Shown here one piece after another: positions 27,079 to 40,556 of a DNA stretch of 64,000 nucleotides. The position numbers and the translations under genes were made by a program. The notes beneath the pieces are model-generated. The model saw nothing but the letters and a program-made list of their open reading frames with translations, was not told where the DNA came from and made no database searches. This DNA comes from Octopus vulgaris (lineage: Eukaryota). The stretch is from assembly GCA_951406725.2 (NCBI GenBank), contig OX597814.1, forward strand, positions 220,100,001 through 220,164,000. The letters are read 5' to 3'. How positions within the stretch are numbered: position 1 is the stretch's first letter; the number at the start of each line of letters is the position of its first letter.

Positions 27079-27260
27079 TATAATAATAACATTGAAAAAT
27101 ATCTTAGGAATGAGACTCAGGTTCAAAATTTGCCCAAGACACCTGATAGAAGCTGGAGGGTATATCAGCCGAAACATTGTGTTAGCAACAAACAAGATGA
27201 GGACAAATATCCGTCAAATGTAAATAATATAAATAGAGTCCTCATCTCTTAAATATAGAA
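26783..27260. mobile_element. Fold-back element with (ATT)n/(AAT)n centre and variant hammerheads (26829-26872 -, 27139-27182 +)
   Basis: Arms are reverse complements. Motif acac CTGAT(GTA/AGA) (g/a)GCTG..CAGCC GAAA nn TT gtgt. Confidence 0.78.
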
Positions 27261-28494
27261 CTTGATTACTGGTTGTTGATTAGTTGGAGACAATTATGCT
27301 ATGAAATATAAACCTGTAACACAAAAAGAAGTGCTGCAAAGTTTCTATAACAGTTAAGTTGCTAGGATATTCATATAATTTTCTTCAAGGACCAGGCGTG
27401 GCTGTGTGGTAAGAAGCTTGCTTTCCAACCACATGGTTCTGGGTTCAGTCTTACTATGTGGCACCTTGGGAAAGTATCTTCTGCTAGCTATAGCCTTAGG
27501 CCAACCATACCATGACAAATGAGTGATGAGTGATTTTAATGCTAGAAAAGGCAACTAACATACAGTGTGGTCAAGAGTAATAGGAAAGTGTGGAGGCATA
27601 ATGGCCCAGTGGTTAGAGCAGTGGACTCGCGGTTTCGATTCCCAGACCGGGCGTTGTGAGTGTTTATTGAGCGAAAACACCTAAAGCACCATGAGGCTCC
27701 GGCAGGGGATGGTGGTGATCCCTGCTGTACTCTTTTACCACAACTTTCTCTCACTCTTACTTCCTGTTTCTGTTGTACCTGTATTTCAAGGGGCCGGCCT
27801 TGTCACACTCTGTGTCATGCTGAATATCCCCGAGAACTACGTTAAGGGTGCACGTGTCTGTGGAGTGTTCAGCCACTTACACGTTAATTTCACGAGCAGG
27901 CTGTTCCGTTGATTCGGATCAACCGGAACCCTCATCGTCGTAACCGACAGAGTGCTTCCATGCCAATAGGAAAGTATGGGACAGGAATGATGAATGGAAG
28001 TGGTTTATGACTGCTGTCCTTTTGTCAACAGATTGATCTAACAATTACAAATACAAAATCACCCGGAAACAGCCCCAGTCTGGTCATTAGCACATGCTGG
28101 ACTGTTTTATAACTAAGAACAAGGATTGCAGTGATTTCAAATCAACCAGAACTCACCAAACCCCTGAGTGTTACTCAGATCACAGAATGGTTCAGAAAAA
28201 GGTATTTGTTAAACCATATGCAAAGAGGCCACTGAGAGCCAGTATACAACTGAGAATAAATGCTGCTTCTTTAAAAAAAACCCAGAAATGGCTATAAATT
28301 TTGAAATGCATTTTAAACTCAAAGCTTGCAGAAACAGAAGAATACAACAACCCTGAAGTGTTGTGCCACAATGTCTGTGACAGCATCAAATCATCTGCTG
28401 AGGTAACTCTAGGATTTATGAAATGCAAGGCCATGATTGGTTCAACAAGAAGAATTCTGAAAGCAAACCTCTCCTACAAACTTTGCACAAGAGA

Positions 28495-29043
28495 TACAAG
28501 GTATGGATCTCAGACAAAAACTCACCAACACTCAAATATTCTTTCCAATGATTTTACACCATTAAGGTGTAAAATTCCATTTTCGTACAAGGTATGAATC
28601 TCAGACAAAAACTCACCAACACTCAAATATTCTTTCCAATGATTTTACACCATTAAGGTGTAAAATTCCATTTTCATACAAGGTATGGATCTCAGACAAA
28701 AACTCACCAACACTCAAATATTCTTTCCAATGATTTTACACCATTAAGGTGTAAAATTCCATTTTCATACAAGGTATGGATCTCAGACAAAAACTCACCA
28801 ACACTCAAATATTCTTTCCAATGATTTTACACCATTAAGGTGTAAAATTCCATTTTCGTACAAGGTATGAATCTCAGACAAAAACTCACCAACACTCAAA
28901 TATTCTTTCCAATGATTTTACACCATTAAGGTGTAAAATTCCATTTTCATACAAGGTATGAATCTCAGACAAAAACTCACCAACACTCAAATATTCTTTC
29001 CAATGATTTTACACCATTAAGGTGTAAAATTCCATTTTTGTAC
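28495..29043. repeat. 91 bp tandem repeat, 6 copies
   Basis: tacaaggtatg recurs at 28495, 28586, 28677, 28768, 28859 and 28950. Confidence 0.95.
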
Positions 29044-29849
29044 TGATGGTCTATTAAGCATGAAAGGGCAAATTTTCAGATCAAAGAAAATGACCAAAGA
29101 AGGGATACTGCATGACTTTCTGTTTGTGGATGATTGTACTTTTATTTCTCACACATTTAAGGGAATTCAGAAAACAGTTGACAGGTTTTCTGTGGCAGCT
29201 AATGTATTTGGACTAACTATCAGCATCAAAAAGACTGAAGTTTTATTCTAAGCAAGGCTTGGGGCAGGACATACTCGACTCAAATGTGATAATAGAGAAC
29301 AAGCCACTCAAATGGGTCAGAATATTTAAATCTCTTGGAAGTACAATAAAGTTTAAGAGTACTTTTGATGGTGAAATCAATGTTAGAATATCTAAGGCTG
29401 CAAGTGCTTTTGGAAGACTTGGCCATCATTTGCAGGATGAACATGGGGTCAATCTGAAAACTAAAATAAGTGTATACAGATCTTGCATTTTGAGCACACT
29501 TTTGTATGGGGCAGAAGTATGAACCCCCTACTATAGACATATAAAGATACTTGTAACCTTCCACGAGTGCTGTTTGCACAATATATGCAACATAAAATGG
29601 TAAGATATGATATTGAGTGCCAGAGACTTAAAAAAATGATATCTCCAATATCCAAAGCATGCTGATGAGAATTTATAGCAGATGGTAGGGCATGCTGTTT
29701 GAATGAAAAATGGCCACATTCCAAAAATTCTTCTGTAAGTGGAGGGATATCGTGGCAAAGGAAGATCTGTCTTTAGGTGCAAGGATAAGTTGAAGCAATC
29801 ATTACAATCTCTACAGCTTAACTTGATATCTTGAGAAGTCATTACCTAG

Positions 29850-32800
29850 ATTGAATGCAAACCTAAATCTTTCCCAATGAATGAATGTGAACCTAAATCT
29901 GCTTTCATAACGAATGTGAACATAAGTCTGCTTTCCCAATGAATGAATGTGAACCTAAATCTGCTTTCATAACGAATGGATGTAGACATAAGTCTGCTTT
30001 CACAATGAATGGATGTAGACATAAATCTGCTTTCATAACGAATGTGAACATAAGTCTGCTTTCCCAATGAATGAATGTGAACCTAAATCTGCTTTCATAA
30101 CGAATGGATGTAGACATAAATCTGCTTTCCCAGTGAATGGATGTGAACCTAAATCTGCTTTCATAACGAATGTGAACATAAGTCTGCTTTCACAATGAAT
30201 GAATGTGAACCTAAATCTGCTTTCATAACGAATGGATGTAGACATAAATCTGCTTTCCCAGTGAATGGATGTGAACCTAAATCTGCTTTCATAACGAATG
30301 TGAACATAAGTCTGCTTTCCCAATGAATGAATGTGAACCTAAATCTGCTTTCATAACGAATGGATGTAGACATAAATCTGCTTTCCCAGTGAACGGATGT
30401 GAACCTAAATCTGCTTTCATAACGAATGGATGTAGACATAAATCTGCTTTCCCAGTGAATGGATGTGAACCTAAATCTGCTTTCATAACGAATGTGAACA
30501 TAAGTCTGCTTTCCCAATGAATGAATGTGAACCTAAATCTGCTTTCATAACGAATGGATGTAGACATAAATCTGCTTTCCCAGTGAATGGATGTGAACCT
30601 AAATCTGCTTTCATAACGAATGTGAACATAAGTCTGCTTTCCCAATGAATGAATGTGAACCTAAATCTGCTTTCATAACGAATGGATGTAGACATAAATC
30701 TGCTTTCCCAGTGAATGGATGTGAACCTAAATCTGCTTTCATAACGAATGTGAACATAAGTCTGCTTTCCCAATGAATGAATGTGAACCTAAATCTGCTT
30801 TCATAACGAATGGATGTAGACATAAATCTGCTTTCATAACGAATGTGAACATAAGTCTGCTTTCACAATGAATGAATGTGAACCTAAATCTGCTTTCATA
30901 ACGAATGGATGTAGACATAAATCTGCTTTCATAACGAATGTGAACATAAGTCTGCTTTCCCAATGAATGAATGTGAACCTAAATCTGCTTTCATAACGAA
31001 TGGATGTAGACATAAATCTGCTTTCATAACGAATGTGAACATAAGTCTGCTTTCACAATGAATGAATGTGAACCTAAATCTGCTTTCATAACGAATGGAT
31101 GTAGACATAAGTCTGCTTTCCCAGTGAATGGATGTGAACCTAAATCTGCTTTCATAACGAATGGATGTAGACATAAGTCTGCTTTCCCAGTGAATGGATG
31201 TGAACCTAAATCTGCTTTCATAACGAATGTGAACATAAGTCTGCTTTCCCAATGAATGAATGTGAACCTAAATCTGCTTTCATAACGAATGGATGTAGAC
31301 ATAAATCTGCTTTCCCAGTGAATGGATGTGAACCTAAATCTGCTTTCATAACGAATGGATGTAGACATAAATCTGCTTTCATAACGAATGTGAACATAAG
31401 TCTGCTTTCCCAATGAATGAATGTGAACCTAAATCTGCTTTCATAACGAATGGATGTAGACATAGGTCTGCTTTCATAACGAATGTGAACATAAGTCTGC
31501 TTTCACAATGAATGAATGTGAACCTAAATCTGCTTTCATAACGAATGTGAACATAAGTCTGCTTTCCCAATGAATGAATGTGAACCTAAATCTGCTTTCA
31601 TAACGAATGGATGTAGACATAAATCTGCTTTCATAACGAATGTGAACATAAGTCTGCTTTCACAATGAATGAATGTGAACCTAAATCTGCTTTCATAACG
31701 AATGGATGTAGACATAAGTCTGCTTTCCCAGTGAATGGATGTGAACCTAAATCTGCTTTCATAACGAATGGATGTAGACATAAGTCTGCTTTCCCAGTGA
31801 ATGGATGTGAACCTAAATCTGCTTTCATAACGAATGTGAACATAAGTCTGCTTTCCCAATGAATGAATGTGAACCTAAATCTGCTTTCATAACGAATGGA
31901 TGTAGACATAACTCTGCTTTCATAACGAATGTGAACATAAGTCTGCTTTCCCAATGAATGAATGTGAACCTAAATCTGCTTTCATAACGAATGGATGTAG
32001 ACATAAGTCTGCTTTCCCAGTGAATGGATGTGAACCTAAATCTGCTTTCATAACGAATGGATGTAGACATAAGTCTGCTTTCCCAGTGAATGGATGTGAA
32101 CCTAAATCTGCTTTCATAACGAATGTGAACATAAGTCTGCTTTCCCAATGAATGAATGTGAACCTAAATCTGCTTTCATAACGAATGGATGTAGACATAA
32201 ATCTGCTTTCCCAGTGAATGGATGTGAACCTAAATCTGCTTTCATAACGAATGGATGTAGACATAAATCTGCTTTCATAACGAATGTGAACATAAGTCTG
32301 CTTTCACAATGAATGAATGTGAACCTAAATCTGCTTTCATAACGAATGGATGTAGACATAAATCTGCTTTCATAACGAATGTGAACATAAGTCTGCTTTC
32401 CCAATGAATGAATGTGAACCTAAATCTGCTTTCATAACGAATGGATGTAGACATAAATCTGCTTTCATAACGAATGTGAACATAAGTCTGCTTTCACAAT
32501 GAATGAATGTGAACCTAAATCTGCTTTCATAACGAATGGATGTAGACATAAGTCTGCTTTCCCAGTGAATGGATGTGAACCTAAATCTGCTTTCATAACG
32601 AATGGATGTAGACATAAGTCTGCTTTCCCAGTGAATGGATGTGAACCTAAATCTGCTTTCATAACGAATGTGAACATAAGTCTGCTTTCCCAATGAATGA
32701 ATGTGAACCTAAATCTGCTTTCATAACGAATGGATGTAGACATAAATCTGCTTTCCCAGTGAATGGATGTGAACCTAAATCTGCTTTCATAACGAATGGA

Positions 32801-34844
32801 TGTAGACATAAATCTGCTTTCATAACGAATGTGAACATAAGTCTGCTTTCCCAATGAATGAATGTGAACCTAAATCTGCTTTCATAACGAATGGATGTAG
32901 ACATAGGTCTGCTTTCATAACGAATGTGAACATAAGTCTGCTTTCCCAATGAATGAATGTGAACCTAAATCTGCTTTCATAACGAATGTGAACATAAGTC
33001 TGCTTTCCCAATGAATGAATGTGAACCTAAATCTGCTTTCATAACGAATGGATGTAGACATAAATCTGCTTTCATAACGAATGTGAACATAAGTCTGCTT
33101 TCACAATGAATGAATGTGAACCTAAATCTGCTTTCATAACGAATGGATGTAGACATAAGTCTGCTTTCCCAGTGAATGGATGTGAACCTAAATCTGCTTT
33201 CATAACGAATGGATGTAGACATAAGTCTGCTTTCCCAGTGAATGGATGTGAACCTAAATCTGCTTTCATAACGAATGTGAACATAAGTCTGCTTTCCCAA
33301 TGAATGAATGTGAACCTAAATCTGCTTTCATAACGAATGGATGTAGACATAACTCTGCTTTCATAACGAATGTGAACATAAGTCTGCTTTCCCAATGAAT
33401 GAATGTGAACCTAAATCTGCTTTCATAACGAATGGATGTAGACATAAGTCTGCTTTCCCAGTGAATGGATGTGAACCTAAATCTGCTTTCATAACGAATG
33501 GATGTAGACATAAGTCTGCTTTCCCAGTGAATGGATGTGAACCTAAATCTGCTTTCATAACGAATGTGAACATAAGTCTGCTTTCCCAATGAATGAATGT
33601 GAACCTAAATCTGCTTTCATAACGAATGGATGTAGACATAAATCTGCTTTCCCAGTGAATGGATGTGAACCTAAATCTGCTTTCATAACGAATGGATGTA
33701 GACATAAGTCTGCTTTCCCAGTGAATGGATGTGAACCTAAATCTGCTTTCATAACGAATGGATGTAGACATAAATCTGCTTTCCCAGTGAATGGATGTGA
33801 ACCTAAATCTGCTTTCATAACGAATGTGAACATAAGTCTGCTTTCCCAATGAATGAATGTGAACCTAAATCTGCTTTCATAACGAATGGATGTAGACATA
33901 AATCTGCTTTCCCAGTGAATGGATGTGAACCTAAATCTGCTTTCATAACGAATGGATGTTGACATAAGTCTGCTTTCCCAGTGAATGGATGTGAACCTAA
34001 ATCTGCTTTCATAACGAATGGATGTAGACATAAATCTGCTTTCCCAGTGAATGGATGTGAACCTAAATCTGCTTTCATAACGAATGTGAACATAAGTCTG
34101 CTTTCCCAATGAATGAATGTGAACCTAAATCTGCTTTCATAACGAATGGATGTAGACATAAATCTGCTTTCCCAGTGAATGGATGTGAACCTAAATCTGC
34201 TTTCATAACGAATGGATGTAGACATAAGTCTGCTTTCCCAGTGAATGGATGTGAACCTAAATCTGCTTTCATAACGAATGGATGTAGACATAAATCTGCT
34301 TTCCCAGTGAATGGATGTGAACCTAAATCTGCTTTCATAACGAATGTGAACATAAGTCTGCTTTCCCAATGAATGAATGTGAACCTAAATCTGCTTTCAT
34401 AACGAATGGATGTAGACATAAATCTGCTTTCCCAGTGAATGGATGTGAACCTAAATCTGCTTTCATAACGAATGTGAACATAAGTCTGCTTTCCCAATGA
34501 ATGAATGTGAACCTAAATCTGCTTTCATAACGAATGGATGTAGACATAAGTCTGCTTTCACAATGAATGGATGTAGACATAAATCTGCTTTCATAACGAA
34601 TGTGAACATAAGTCTGCTTTCCCAATGAATGAATGTGAACCTAAATCTGCTTTCATAGCGAATGTGAACATAAGTCTGCTTTCCCAATGAATAAATGTGA
34701 ACCTAAATCTGCTTTCATAACGAATGGATGTAGACATAAATCTGCTTTCCCAGTGAATGGATGTGAACCTAAATCTGCTTTCATAACGAATGGATGTAGA
34801 CATAAGTCTGCTTTCACAATGAATGGATGTAGACATAAATCTGC
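29850..34844. repeat. ~5 kb satellite of 33/29 bp monomers (core TCTGCTTTC) with higher-order structure
   Basis: About four monomer types in changing order; diagnostic variants recur at a 1441 bp spacing. Confidence 0.97.
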
Positions 34845-35921
34845 ATGGTGCAAAATGTGTCACGATGCATCTAAACAATTTGAGTTGAAGAAAAAGAACA
34901 ATAGAAGAACTATATCCTGCCACCGACAGACACATTTGCTCAATCCCAGGCAAAATCAAATCATTAACGTCTCCATTATGACTTCATAACAAAATCCATA
35001 ACTGGGCTCAAATTACATTCACGCATCCATCATAAATAGATACACCTTCTTAGAGATTTTTCTTTCTTTCTTTCTTTCTATTACTCCCTTTAAGTTCTCT
35101 CCGTCAAATGCTCATGGGTCGAAACTGACAGGAGTGACCATCATCATTATTATTACACCAGTAGTGAGTTGGGTGAATGGGCAGAATTAGTAGTGCAATT
35201 ATCATGAGAATTTGTTATGTACTGAATTTAAATCCTACCAAAGTCAGCCTTGGATTTCCTTCTGGGGTTCATAAAGTATCATTCAAATATTGGAGCTGAT
35301 TTAATCTCCACAAATTGTGCTCTTGGGTCTATATTAGAAACAATAATTATACCTGTAATGTTATTGTTATTATATACCTTGAGTATTTACTGCACTTTGG
35401 TCTTGAGCTTTTCTGATGTGTTAAGAATATTCTGTATAATACATGTGCCATGCCTAGTGGCACTAATTTTGGAGTGTATAAATCTTAATGATTCGAGAAA
35501 CATTAATTAACTATTTCTAGGTGGTCTCATGACCACATAGAAGCCCCCTGGCATGATTCAATTAATTCTCTCCTCCTTCAAGTTTGTAGGCTTGTATCAT
35601 CATCATCCTTTAATGTCTGGTATGACTTGGATGGTTTCACCAGAGCTGCCAAGCAGGCGAGCTGCACCAGGTTCCATTCTGATTTGGCCTGGTTTCTATA
35701 GCTGGATGCCCTTCCTAATGTCAGCCATTTTACAGGGTGTGCTGGGTGCTTTTAACATGGTACCAGAATGATTGCTCATATGTGGCACTGGCATGAGTGT
35801 TTTTTATGAGACACCAGCATAGGACTCTTGCAGGCCAATCCTCTTCATCAGGAGATGCAACTTTAAACTATGTAATAAACCATATTTTTTCTTCCACAAA
35901 GTTTCTGGCCTTGTACCAATG

Positions 35922-35964
<43 letters not shown>

Positions 35965-36529
35965 TTATATACTGCCGTAACTGAGCAGAAAAGCTAAAGC
36001 ACTGGTCATCATAGTTTTTGGTTACACTTATTTTCACCCTGAGTTCAAATCACCCTTGATTTGACTTCAATGGCTGTTGTTATAAGGTTGTTGTTTAGCC
36101 CCAGGTGATCCTTATGTGAGCAAATCTGTAACAAACGGTTCCACTCCTGACCATTCCACCTCTTTCTATATTTAGGACTGTGTAATTCAAAGTGTCCTTT
36201 CTTTTTTAAGACTGGAGAAAAAGTGGAAGCTGAAGGACTTCGGTTGTTGTTTCTAGCACCTCAAAGGACTGTATAAAGGCAACATCACTGATTATAACTG
36301 TTCTTGTACAAAAGAACTATGTATAAAAAGGAAAATCTCCAAAACTTCCAGTCATGATGACCACCTAATCTTATATTCAATAACATATTGAATGTATCCT
36401 TTTTTTAAAGATGGGTTCTTTGATTGGAAGGAGATTTGACAACTATTTCTAGTAGATTGAATGATCTCATAGAATCTCCATGGCTTTATTCAATTAACAA
36501 TGCCCTACTCTATCAAATCTGTAGCCATG

Positions 36530-37987
36530 TCTCTATCTGAGAAGCACCATAGTCAACTGCTACAAAGGTAAAGGTGATGCCTTGGATGGAAATAAGTAAA
36601 GAGGTATCAAATTGTTGGATCAGGTGATGAAAGTCATGGAGAGAGTCATAGCCCAACTAATTGGGGAGCGAGTTAGTTTAGATGAGATGCAGTTTGGGTT
36701 TGTGCCAGGGAGAAGCACCACTGCACCATTGATGCTTCATTTCTGGTAAGACAGCTGCAGGGGAAACACTTAGCCAAAGATAAACCTCTGTACTTGGCTT
36801 TTGTTGACATGGAGAAAACCTTTGACAGGGTCCCCCGATCCTGTATCTGGTGCTCAATGTGGAAACTAGGGATAGATGAGTAGATTGTGAGAGCTGTACA
36901 AGCCATGTACAGGGATGCTGTCAGTAAGGTGAGGGTTGGCAACGAGTATAGTGAAGAATTCAGGGTACAAGTAGGGGTTCACAAAGGATCAGTCCTCAGC
37001 CCCTTCTTGATAATGGAAGAATTCAAGACAGGCTGCCCCTGGGAGCCCTGCTATGCTGAAGACGTTGCTCTAATAGCTGAATCACTAACAGAACTAGAGA
37101 AAAAGTTTCAGGTGTGGCAGCAAGGTTTAGAATTGAAGGGCCTTAGAGATAACCTAGTAAAAATCAAAGTCTTAATAAGTAGGAAGGCAGACAAATCACT
37201 GATCCCTTCAGGCAGGTGGCCTGTTTGATCTGTAGAAAAGGCATAGGTAGGAACTCCATAAGATGTACCAGGTGTAAGCAATGGACACATAAAAGGTGCG
37301 GCAATATTAGAGGAAGGTTAACAGGGAAGATAGTTTTTGTATGTGGAAAGTGCATAGGTACAATAAACACTGAAAATGTACAGAAAATAAGATTCCATCA
37401 CATGCAAGGGAGAAAGCTAGAAGTAGATGATAGCTTCCTTTACCTTGGTGACCAAGTCAGTAGCAGAGGTGGATGCTCTGAGAGCATAGCTGCTAGAATA
37501 AGAATAGGCTGGGCAAAGTTCAGACAGCTCCTACCTCTGCTCGTAACGAAGGGCCTCTCGCTCAGACTGAAAGGTAGACTGTATGACGCCTGTATGTACA
37601 CAGCCATGCTACATGGCAGTGAAACATGGGTTGCAACTGCTGAAGACATGTGTAGTCTTGTAAGAAATGAATCCAGTACGCTTCACTGGATGTATAATGT
37701 CAGTGTGCATGCACGACAGAATGCAAGCATGCTGAGAGAAAAGTTGGACATAAGCATTAGATATGGTGTGCAAAAGAGACGACTATGCTGGTATGGATGA
37801 GGACAGCAGAGTGAAGAAGTGTTGCACTCTGTTGGTGGAAGGAACCTGTGAAAGAGGTAGACCTAGGAAGACATGGAATGAAGTGGTGAAGCATGATCTT
37901 CAAATGTTGCGCGTCACAGAGGCAATGACAAGCGACCAAGAGCTATGGAGATATACCATGCTTGAGAAGACCTGCCACGCTAAGTGA
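36530..37987 (+). mobile_element. 5'-truncated decayed RTE-type LINE with a Cys/His-rich (PHD-like) insert after the RT
   Basis: AFVDMEKTFDRVP, VGVHKGSVLSP, YAEDVAL, C..CRKGIG.NSI.C..C..W.H.RC, MLHGSETW, GRPRKTW. Confidence 0.88.
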
Positions 37988-40104
37988 GATTGCCATTGTG
38001 GCTGATGCCAGTGTCACGTGGCATCAGCCCATTAAAAGCACCCTTCATTTGTTGGGTGATATGCTGTGCTTGTGAAGCCCTGTTGAACCGAGTGAAATTG
38101 TAGTTGTGGCTGATGTCAGTGCTAGTGGCATATAAAAAATACCATAGCCGCAGGAGTGGCTGTGTGGTAAGTAGCTTGCTAACCAACCACATGGTTCCGG
38201 GTTCAGTCCCACTGCGTGGCATCTTGGGCAAGTGTCTTCTGCTATAGCCTCGGGCCGACCAATGCCTTGTGAGTGGATTTGGTAGACGGAAACTGAAAGA
38301 AGCCTGTCGTATATATGTATATGTATGTGTGTGTGTTGTGTGTGTGTTTGTGTGTCTGTGTTTGTCCCCCTAGCATTGCTTGACAACCGATGCTGGTGTG
38401 TTTACGTCCCCGTCACTTAGCGGTTCGGCAAAAGAGACCGATAGAATAAGTACTGGGCTTACAAAGAATAAGTCCCGGGGTCGATTTGCTCGACTAAAGG
38501 CAGTGCTCCAGCATGGCTGCAGTCAAATGACTGAAACAAGTAAAAGAGAGAAACGAGTAAGTGTTTGGACTCATGGAGGCAGTGACAGGTGACCAAGACC
38601 CTTGGCAATATACTGTGCTGGTGTTGACCGGTCAAGCCAAGTGAGACTGTAGTCATGGCTGATGCTGATGTCAGATCAATAGCACCCATGCCAGTGGCAT
38701 GTCAAAATGTGCCCACTGCAGTCTTGGAGTGAGTGATTGGCATTAGGAAGAGCATCCAATTGTAGAAACCTTGCCAAATCAGATTGGAACCTGGTGCAGC
38801 TCCCTGGCTTACCAGTTTTCAATAAACTCATTCAAACCATGCCAGCATGGAAAGCGGACATTAAAGGATGATAAGCATGATGGTGAAGATGGCAAGCTGG
38901 CAGAATCATTAGCACACTGGGTGAAATGCTTAGAATTCTGAGTTCAAATTCCACTGAGGTCGACTTTGCCTTTCATCCTTTTGAGGTTGATAAATTAAGT
39001 ACTAGTGAAACCCTGGGGTCAATATAATCAACAAGCCCTCCTCCAAAATTTCAAGGTTTTGTGCCTTTAATAGAAAGGATTATTATTATTATTATTAAGG
39101 CAGTGAACTGGCAGAATTGTTAGTACGCTGGGTGAAATGCTTAGTGGTATTTCGTCTGCTGCTACATTCTGAGTTCAAATTCCACCGAGGTCGACTTTGC
39201 CTTTCATCCTTTTGAGGTTGATAAATTAAGTACTAGTGAAACCCTGGGGTCAATATAATCAACAAGCCCCCTCCTCCAAAATTTCAAGGTTTTGTGCCTT
39301 TAATAGAAAGGATTATTATTATTATCATTAAGGCAGTGAACTGGCAGAATGGTTAGCATGCTGGACAAAATACTTCCCAGCATTTTGTTTATCTACATTC
39401 TGAGTTCAAATTCCACTTGACTTTGCCCATCAATCTTTTTGGGATCTTTAAAATAAGTACCAGTAGCGCATTGGGGTTGATGTAATTGACAAGCCTCCTC
39501 CCTCAAATTTCGTCATCATCAGAGGCCATTCTTTCAGTGTGGTTCTTGCTTAAAGCTTCGTGTTTTGCTTTGTCCCTCCACCATTCCAAGCTCAAATCTT
39601 ACTGAAGTTGACTTTGCAAATCAGGGTTTTATAGAAATATGTATCAGTCACAACCTTTGTTTTAAGATTGATAGGCACAGGAGTGGCTGTGTGGTAAGTA
39701 GCTTGCTAACCAACCACATGGTTCCAGGTTCAGTCCCACTGCGTGGCATCTTGGGCAAGTGTCTTCTGCTATAGCCCTGGGCCAACCAAAGCCTTGTGAG
39801 TGGATTTGGTAGACAGAAACTGAAAGAAGCTTGTCGTATATATGTATATATATATATGTATGTGTGTATCTGTGTTTGTCCCCCTAGCATTGCTTGACAA
39901 CCGATGCTGGTGTGTTTACGTCCCCGTCACTTAGCGGTTCGGCAAAAGAGACTGATAGAATAAGTACTGGGCTTACAACAGAGTAAGTCCCGGGGTCGAT
40001 TTGCTCGACTAAAGGCGGTGCTCCAGCATGGCCGCAGTCAAATGACTGAAACAAGTAAAACAAAAAAAAAGAGAGAGAGTAAAAGAGTAAATGAATTTGT
40101 TTCC

Positions 40105-40158
<54 letters not shown>

Positions 40159-40556
40159 ACTAAAAAGTAAAAATTTCACAAATTAAGAAACCAAGGATTT
40201 CATTATTTTTAGAGTGTTGTTGTTGTTGTTGCTTAAAATACTAATGATTATATTTTTAATTATCTGGCAGTTAAGCTTTAAAATAAATTAGATGTAAGAG
40301 GATTTTCCTGAATCTCAGGAGAATAAGCAAACACACACACACGCACATACACACACACACATATGCACACACACACACGCATGCACACACACACACACAT
40401 ATGTACACACACACGCATATGCACACACACACACACACACACATATGTACACACACACGCATGCACACACACAATAAATTCATTATCTCAAAGTACAGTG
40501 CAGGGCTCGCAAAATAGTGCAGGTAAAGAAGATAGGAAGAACTTCAAGACTGTTAC

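Larger units (their letters stand above)
27525..35150 (+). mobile_element. Decayed RTE-clade LINE (endonuclease, RT, C-terminal remnant) interrupted by a SINE, a 91 bp array and a 5 kb satellite
   Basis: SDFNAR..VIGKYGTG..NGSG (endonuclease), DFLFVDDC, FGLTISIKKTEV, RISKAASAFGRL, STLLYGAE; (cat)n tail; many stops. Confidence 0.85.

Noticed and set aside
29850-34844. CRISPR-like repeat/spacer appearance and many ORFs
   Set aside because: The sequences between the conserved cores are themselves about four recurring types, not unique spacers. The context is eukaryotic, there are no cas genes, and the ORFs are repeat artifacts.
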